From Balamuthia mandrillaris (lineage: Eukaryota): a stretch of DNA of 64,000 nucleotides. The notes under the pieces are model-generated. The model did not search any database. It saw only the letters and a list, made by a program, of their open reading frames with translations, and was not told the DNA's origin. Position 1 is the first letter of the stretch, and each line of letters begins with the position of its first letter. Below, piece by piece: positions 57,330 through 64,000 of the stretch. The stretch covers positions 124,001 to 188,000 of the forward strand of contig JAVKOQ020000019.1 in NCBI GenBank assembly GCA_031835245.2, read 5' to 3'. The position numbers were made by a program, and so were the translations under genes.

Positions 57330-58723
57330 AGACCAACCTTAAGACCAGTAGACACAGATCCAGTGAAGAAAACACCGTCGATGGGCTGTTGAAGGATGGC
57401 CTCACCAACCTTACCATCACCGTAGACTGGGGCGAACAGCTCTTTGGGCACACCACTCTCGTGAAGTAGGTCCGTCATGAACTTGCCGGTGCGCTGATTT
57501 CGTCCACAGAGAGCCGCTCCGTTAAATGATGAAGGAGAAAGGAAAGAGAAAAATAGACCGAAGAGAAGAGAAGAAAAAGAAAAGCAGAGCAAAGAAAGAA
57601 AAGATAATGAAAGAGAAAGAGAAAGAAGATACCAAGGCAAATTCGGAAGGTTTGTAAAGGACGGCATTACCAGTGAGAAGAGCTGGAATGAAGGCGTTGG
57701 TGCCAACGAACCAAGGATAGTTCCATGCTGAGATGTTGGCCACCACTCCCAAAGGCTCTGGTCTAATGATTTCAGTCATCTGGTTAATGTTTGTGTGCAT
57801 GTGTTTAGCGAAAACCAGAGAGAAATAATGCAGTTAAAGAGGAGAGGAGAGAGAAAGAGAGAACAAAACCTGGCCATCTTTATGGACAACGTCGTCTTTC
57901 ATCACTTGGTCGATGTTGTCAAGGAAGAAGCGAACGCGGCCCAAAGTGGAACTGACCTCTCCTTGAGCCTGCGACAAGGGCTTGCCCATGTCCAAACTCA
58001 AATTCTTGGCCGCTTCATCAACTATCTCTTTCTTCTGGAGAGCAGCATAAAACCTTTTATTTGTATTGCAAACAGCAGAGGCAGGGAAGGGAGCAAGAAG
58101 AAAGAAGAAGAACGAAGGACAAAGGACAAAGAGCAAAGGACAAAGAAAGAAGAAAGAAGAACGAAGAACCATGAAGAAGAAAGCAGTACGAATTATAAAT
58201 AACATGGAAGGAAGGTTGTGAGTGAGGGATAAACGAAAAGAGGAAGCGTTACAGCAACAAACACGAAAAATAAACGAAAAGAGAGAGATCGCAACGCAAC
58301 GATGACTTACTTTTGAATGGCAGCTTTTCTCCCCTCGAGGTTGGAGCGAGCGGCCCACCCGCCCAGCTCCGACTGGGCCAGCTTGGCCTTTTGGAACTTC
58401 TCCTTGATGGAGACGGCGTCATCGTGCGGCTCCGAGAAAACGACCCTCTCCTCCGTGGCCGGGTTGGTCAGCGTGATGGAGCTTCGTCTGGTCGAGAGAG
58501 TGAAGAAAAAAAAATCAAAAGTGAATCAGCAAAAAAAGTATTTTGATGAGCGAAAAAAAATCGAAAAAAAAATATGTATTCAAAAAAACAAAAAAATAAC
58601 GAACCCGCTTTGCACAAAAGCAGAAGAAGAGAAAGTGCGCAGAGGGGAGGAGGAGGAGGGCAAGAAGAAGCCAAAGCGAGGAGCAGAAGCGGAAGAACGA
58701 CAAAGGCCGACCGAGCGCTGCAT
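56270..58723 (-). CDS. NAD(P)-dependent aldehyde dehydrogenase with N-terminal mitochondrial-presequence-like exon
   Basis: NPAT; EPLGVVANISAWNYP; KPSE; FTGSV.TG; LELGGKDP; GQSCCSVERIYVH; EESFGP; YGLTASVFT. Exon 1 MQRSVGLCRSSASAPRFGFFLPSSSSPLRTFSSS is Arg/Ser-rich with no acidic residues. Confidence 0.93.
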
Positions 58724-58855
58724 CTTCTCTTATATTTTTTTTGCTTTCTTTCTTTTCTTCTAAACAACCTTAAATTTAAGGGGGTACTAAAAATGCGGTT
58801 CGGTAAGGTGGGCATCGAATTTTGAACCCAATTTAATGAAATAGTGTCGTGTCCA

Positions 58856-58927
58856 AGCCCCATGGTGTAGTTGGTAACATGCGAGGTTCTGGTTCTCGCG
58901 CCCTCAGTTCGATTCTGGGTGGGGCTG
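58856..58927 (+). tRNA. tRNA-Gln (anticodon CTG), 72 nt, no intron
   Basis: Cloverleaf: acceptor AGCCCCA/TGGGGCT; D-arm GTGT/ACAT; anticodon stem CGAGG/TCTCG with loop TT-CTG-GT; T-arm CTCAG-TTCGATT-CTGGG; T-run shortly downstream. Confidence 0.9.
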
Positions 58928-58968
58928 CATCTCTTTTTGTTTGTTTTTTTCCGCCTTTCTTTTCTTCA

Positions 58969-59014
58969 GACGACGTGATGGGGAAAATCGTGACGACGTG
59001 AATAAATGTCGACA
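58969..59014 (+). promoter_or_regulatory. Double GACGACGTGA plus TGTCGACA upstream of PSMA6
   Basis: GACGACGTGA at 58969 and 58992; TGTCGACA at 59007. Confidence 0.5.
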
Positions 59015-59169
59015 AATAAGAATGCGTATCTCACGACCAAGCCAAGCTTTCCCCCACGCATTGTTTTGCTGGAAAAAAAAAGGCCAAAAAAATAGTGGAG
59101 AGAGAGAGAAAGGCACACACACACAAAAAAAAAAGTAGCAGAGAAAAACCCACTGCACACCCACACACG

Positions 59170-59456
59170 ATGAGTCGATCTTCCACCAGCGCGGGTTATG
59201 ACCGCCACATCACCATCTTCTCTCCAGAGGGCAAGCTCTACCAAGTTGGTATGAATCGAAGAATGATTATTTGTTTTCTCTTTTCTCTCTCTCTCTCTCT
59301 CGATTCTTTTTTTTCTGATTGTTGGTCGGGTGGATAATAGAGTATGCGTTTAAGGCCATCAAGTCAAGCAACCTCACTTCCATTGGCGTTCGAGGCGCTG
59401 ACAGCTGTGCCGTCATCACACAGAAAAAGATTCCCGTTCGTTGTTCTCACGCTTCT

Positions 59457-59499
<43 letters not shown>

Positions 59500-60738
59500 C
59501 TTCTTTTTGTCTTCTTTACTTTATGATGGTTTGGTGAGTTTAAACTCACTCTATGTTTGGTTTTTTGTGCTGCAGGACAAGCTGATCGACCCCAGCTCTG
59601 TCTCCCACCTCTTCAGAATCACTGACAAGATTGGGTGTGTTATGACTGGAATGCTGCGTTCGTATCTCCCCTATTCTTTTCTTTCCCTCTGCTTCTTTTT
59701 TCTCATCTTCTCTTCACGTTTCTGCTTGCCTCGTTCTCTGCTCCGCGCTTGTGCTCTTGTCCTTTCTTCTCCATCTATTTCGTTTCACCTCTTTGCTTCC
59801 ACTTATTTCTCATTCTTCACCGTATTCCTGGTAGCGGATGCTCGTGCGCAAGTGCAGCGCGCACGAATGGAGGCGGCAGAGTTTGAATACAAATACGGTT
59901 ACGATATGCCCGTCTCCACTCTGGCCAAGCGCATGGCTGACATTGCCCAAGTTTTCACACAACACGCTTACATGCGTCCTCTTGGCGTTGGTATGTTCCT
60001 CCTTTCTTTTCTTTCTGTTTTTGTTTTTCGCTGCGTTTGTCTTTATTTTTGTTGCTTTTTTTGGTTTCACACGTTCATTTTTTTCTGCTTTGCTGCTTTT
60101 CGTTCTCTCTTTTGCTAAGAACCTCTCTCCCTTTGCTGTTGCAGCCATGATATTGATTGGAATTGACGACGAATGGGGTCCTCAGCTCTACAAGTGCGAC
60201 CCAGCGGGCAGCTACATGGGCTACAAGGCCTGCTGCGCCGGGCAGAAGGAGCAGGAGGCCACCAACTTTCTCGAAAAGAAGTTCAAGAACAACCCTCAAC
60301 TCGATCAAGACAAAACCGTCAAGGTTCGTTCGATCGAAAGAGACATTCCTTTTTGTTTTTCTCTCTCCTCTTTGTATTTTGTTTTGCTTTTCTGTTTCTC
60401 CTCTTCCTCTTATTATCACTTTTCTTTCGTTTTATCTTTTAAGCTTTCTGTTCTTTTATTCTCTCGTTCTCTCGTTCTCTTCTCTCGTTCTCTCTTCTCT
60501 CTTCACTCTTCTCTCGTTCTCTTCTCTCTGTTCTCTCTTCACTCTTCTCTCCATTCTCTCTGTTCTAACCCGAAAAACCAAAAAGATGGCGATAAACGCG
60601 TTGCAAACGGTGCTCGGGGAGGACTTTAAGGCATCGGACATCGAGGTGGGCGTGGTGAGCGCCGACCAGCCCAACTTTAGAGTTTTGTCGGAGGAGGAGA
60701 TCGAGAGGCAGCTGACCGACATTGCCGAAAGGGATTAA
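59170..60738 (+). CDS. PSMA6: 20S proteasome subunit alpha type-6 (alpha-1), multi-exon
   Basis: [81 protein letters not shown]. Confidence 0.96.
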
Positions 60739-61074
60739 GAAAACTGCTGTTCCTCTCTTTCTCTTTGTTCTTTTGTTTTTACTTAAAACACAGAAAAAAA
60801 AAACGATTTGTTTAAAACTTTTTTTTCTTTTCTTTTTTCTTTTTTCATTTTTTAAACTTTTTATGGATAGACGTGAGAGAGGACCCGAGAGAGGACATGA
60901 GAGCGTTTCACAAGCACCTTTTTATAATACACGTCACAACGGCGCAGTAAAGGAAAGTGATGATGTAGTTGACTTGTCGACAAAAAAGAATAGGCACGGA
61001 ACAGTCTGTTTCAGTCACTTAACGTTGGTAACGCTAAACGCAACGAAGAGAGAGAGCGAAAAGAAAGAAAGGGA

Positions 61075-62493
61075 ATGAGCATGGAAGCAGGAACAACGGC
61101 GGTGCTGCCATCCGACGATGTGTTGCCGCTGATCGAATGCTTGGGAGATGAAGTCCTCATGAACGTCTTCCTGTGGTTGGACGTGAAATCCATCGGCAGG
61201 GCTTCTCATGTTTGTCAGCATTGGCACAATGTGTTGGGTACACAAAGAAAACCTCACTTATGTTTTAAACCAAGTCAAAAAACTGGAACTGATCCATTCG
61301 CTACTATGTTTTTTTTTTTCATTCATTATACCTATATAGAGGACAGATATATGTGGTATCTGCTGTATGAGCAACGATGGAGGGACGCACAGTACATGCG
61401 GTCGTTACGGAGCAAAGAGAACCGGTACTCCAAAGAGGACTTTGTTTCCCGTCACACTTTCGGCCAAAAACGAAAATACGAACAAAACAACAAAGAAGTG
61501 GAAGAAGCCAAGCCACAACAAGAGCAAAGATGCACAAATGATAACAGCAGAAGCAGTCCACCAAAGAAACGAAAGAGAAGACAGAGAAGAAAACCGGAAG
61601 TAAAACGAGAGGCAAGGAACGAGGCACCACAGCACAAATGGAGAAGTTTGCAGCACCACCGCGCTATTCCAACGGAGGTAATGGAGGCAGACTGGAAACA
61701 GCTCTTCCACTTCCGATGGTTAGAGGAGAAGATGTTCTTTCAAACCGCACTCGATCGGCTCAGAGACCTGCATCAAGTGCGGGTGGTGGAGGGGCTGAAC
61801 GATGAAGAGTTTGACCTGTTGGAGAGTCGCTGCAAGTTTTGTTTCCCTCCGGATCTTCGCCTATTTCTGTCATTGGGTTTGCCTTGCGGTGGAGGATGGC
61901 CCGATTGGAGGCACTTATGTCAAAGCCTTCCTTATCTGCTTCGTTCTTCTTCTTCTTCAGCGCCATCGACCTCTTCTTCTGGAGCTTCTTTTGCTTCTTT
62001 TTCCTTAGCACAAAACCAATCGCAAGAGAGTGCACCCAAAGAACCTCTTCAATACTGGCTTCCATCCCTCCTTCTCGCTGCTGTGAATAACGACGTCAAC
62101 ATCGCCAAAGTTGGGGCACTGTACGACCCGAAAGTGGACCGAGCAGCACGCCCTCTTATCCCTCTCTTTGATGTCTTCTTCCTTCCTTCCTATCCATCCA
62201 GCGTGGGAAACTCCGTCATCTGGGTTTGCGGCACGACCTTTCACTTCTCCGCCACGGACCTCTTTGACTGGCTTCGAAAGTCCTTGCACCGTGCGCCTCC
62301 CACTTACCATCCCTTTTATTGCGGTTGGTGGCACCAGCCCTCGGGCTATCGGTGGCCGTTGTTGACGCTCGGGCGGGATGCCCCGGAGAGAGCGACCAAG
62401 CGGTTTCGCTCCGCGGGACCCTATTGGGACGACTACCTCAAGCTGAACGTCACCGTGGAGGAGTGGGAGACTCTTGTGGAGAAGCTGGAATAA
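61075..62493 (+). CDS. F-box protein with C-terminal SMI1/KNR4 (SUKH)-like domain
   Basis: F-box LGDEVLMNVFLWLDVKSIGRASHVCQHWH; later GLNDEEFDLLESRCKFCFPPDLRLFLSLGLP.GGGWPDWR...PLIPLF..FLPSYP..GNSV. Probable in-frame intron near 61238-61340. Confidence 0.72.
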   Translation: MSMEAGTTAVLPSDDVLPLIECLGDEVLMNVFLWLDVKSIGRASHVCQHWHNVLGTQRKPHLCFKPSQKTGTDPFATMFFFFIHYTYIEDRYMWYLLYEQRWRDAQYMRSLRSKENRYSKEDFVSRHTFGQKRKYEQNNKEVEEAKPQQEQRCTNDNSRSSPPKKRKRRQRRKPEVKREARNEAPQHKWRSLQHHRAIPTEVMEADWKQLFHFRWLEEKMFFQTALDRLRDLHQVRVVEGLNDEEFDLLESRCKFCFPPDLRLFLSLGLPCGGGWPDWRHLCQSLPYLLRSSSSSAPSTSSSGASFASFSLAQNQSQESAPKEPLQYWLPSLLLAAVNNDVNIAKVGALYDPKVDRAARPLIPLFDVFFLPSYPSSVGNSVIWVCGTTFHFSATDLFDWLRKSLHRAPPTYHPFYCGWWHQPSGYRWPLLTLGRDAPERATKRFRSAGPYWDDYLKLNVTVEEWETLVEKLE

Positions 62494-62852
62494 AAAAAAA
62501 ACAACAGTAAAGCAGCTTGCTCGTCCTATAGCGCACCCACGTCAGCGGTCGTTTATCAGTTTTGGCTTTAAAAAGGAAATGTCGTTTCGTTGAACTGTTA
62601 AAATTTTGTATAACAAAATCTTAAACTAAACTTGAAACCAACAAAGAAAGAAAGAGGGGAGGAAAGGAGGAGGAAAGTGCACAACGTTTGAAGAAGGTTC
62701 TCGGGGTGGTGTTTGGGAAATAGGGAGGAGGGGTTGAAGAGGAAAAGAAAGTCATAGTGGGACGACGTTTTTCTTCTTTGCATCTTACAAGAGAGAGAGG
62801 AGAGAGGAGAGAGAAAAGAAAAGAAAAAACGATAAACAATACAGAAAAAAAA

Positions 62853-63898
62853 ATGAGAGTCACATTCACGCTGCTGCTTCTACTCCTAACGGTGACATCA
62901 CTGGCACGAGCGGAGACGAGAGTGCTCGTCTTCCACTCCATCGCCGGCCCCAACGCCCCGCCCAACATCGACGTCGACATCATCCCCACCGGCGGGGACA
63001 TCGGCACCAACATCGCCTCCGACGTGCGCTACGGCACGGGCGAGCTCTCCCCCAGCATCCGGCCCCTCTCCTACACCTTCATCGCCTACGGGCCGCCCGA
63101 GCTGGGCCTCCCCGTGGCCATCGCCGAGGAGGTCGTCCTGGAGGAGAATCAGAGTTACACGGCGGTGGCCGTGGGGGTGCTGCAGGACGAGGAGCCGGAG
63201 GACGCCACCTTTAGGCCGGGCTTCCTGTTGGCCACCAACATCCAGAACTTGGTGCCCGCCAACCAGGCGCGCTTGAGGCTCATGCACGCTGCCGCAAGTA
63301 AGTCTCCCTTTTTGTTTTTCGGGTTGAAGACAAAACAACGTGAGAGAGTGAGAAAGGAAGAAAGAAGAGAAAGAGAAGGAACTTGAAGCAGAGGTTACGC
63401 TACCACTGGACTGACCGCTTTTCTCTTTCTTCATCACTTTCCGCACTTCCCTGCTCTTTCACCACCTCTTCTATTTTCTCTATCACTCACTTTTTCTCTC
63501 TCTTCTCTCTCCGTTTGCTCTCTTCGTGTCTCCTCTTTCATCCTTGTTTCTTCCCCTCCTACCACTACTTCCGCTCTTGCTCTCCTTTTCTTCCAACCCT
63601 CCTCCTCTCAGCGGTGCCCAACGTGGACGTCTACATCAACAGCGTGCTCATCTACGAGAACGTGGGCTATGGCTTCGTGGGCTCCTACCTCCGCGCCGAC
63701 CCCAACGTCGTCACCAAGGTGGACCTGAGGCTCGCCGGGGCCAGCCGCAAGGAGATCCCCTATGTCAGCCGTCAGATCTTCATGCCGCCTGCCGCTCGAT
63801 GGACGCTGCTGGTGTCTGGCATCGCGCGAAGCTTCGAGAACCCCATCACCCTCGTTATCAGTGTAGAGCAGGAAGGAAACGAAGTTCTTTCAAGTTAA
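62853..63898 (+). CDS. Secreted DUF4397-like protein (signal peptide, two related beta domains); 2 exons
   Basis: Signal MRVTFTLLLLLLTVTSLARA; VLVFHS..APPNIDVDI..DVRYG; ARLRLMHAAA|TVPNVDVYIN..ENVGYG..SYL. Intron 63298-63611 is GT-AG; very GC3-rich codons. Confidence 0.75.
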
Positions 63899-64000
63899 AA
63901 AAAAACACGAGAACTGTTCTTGTTTTTTTTCAATTGCTTTGTGTGGAGAGAGAGAGAGCGGAAGAGGGGAAGGGAGGAGAAGAGAAGAAAGAGAAGATGA

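Noticed and set aside
1..64000. Transposons, retroelements, rRNA, endogenous viral genes
   Set aside because: No transposase, RT, integrase, capsid, terminal-repeat or rRNA signatures recognised.

Overview
This is a gene-dense, intron-rich eukaryotic nuclear window, not prokaryotic. It has short spliceosomal introns often filled with (TTC/TTG)n microsatellites, poly-S/E/K low-complexity proteins and about 21 protein genes plus one tRNA. The style suggests a free-living amoeba (Amoebozoa, Balamuthia/Acanthamoeba-like), which is inference only. Gene order: 3' part of a micro-exon gene encoding a YadA/Hep-Hag-like beta-roll repeat protein; 6xSH3 adaptor; SAM/coiled-coil protein; small PARP-type ADP-ribosyltransferase; myotubularin-FYVE; F-box/LRR; FAN1; Kelch-BTB; a small membrane ORF; HMCES/SRAP; BAP31-like; LD-motif/armadillo protein; MED1; F-box; SBF2-domain/PH protein; homeobox; SDR; carotenoid-cleavage oxygenase; ALDH; tRNA-Gln(CUG); proteasome alpha-1; F-box/SMI1-KNR4; secreted DUF4397 protein. 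Three things stand out: (1) a tandem array of 15 symmetric phase-1 micro-exons, invisible to the ORF track, each encoding one adhesin-like repeat; (2) a contiguous SDR / carotenoid oxygenase / ALDH trio resembling an apocarotenoid pathway cluster; (3) recurrent promoter words (GACGACRTGA, TGTCGACA, orphan Pol III B-boxes). All exon boundaries and family calls were read by eye and need HMM and RNA-seq confirmation.
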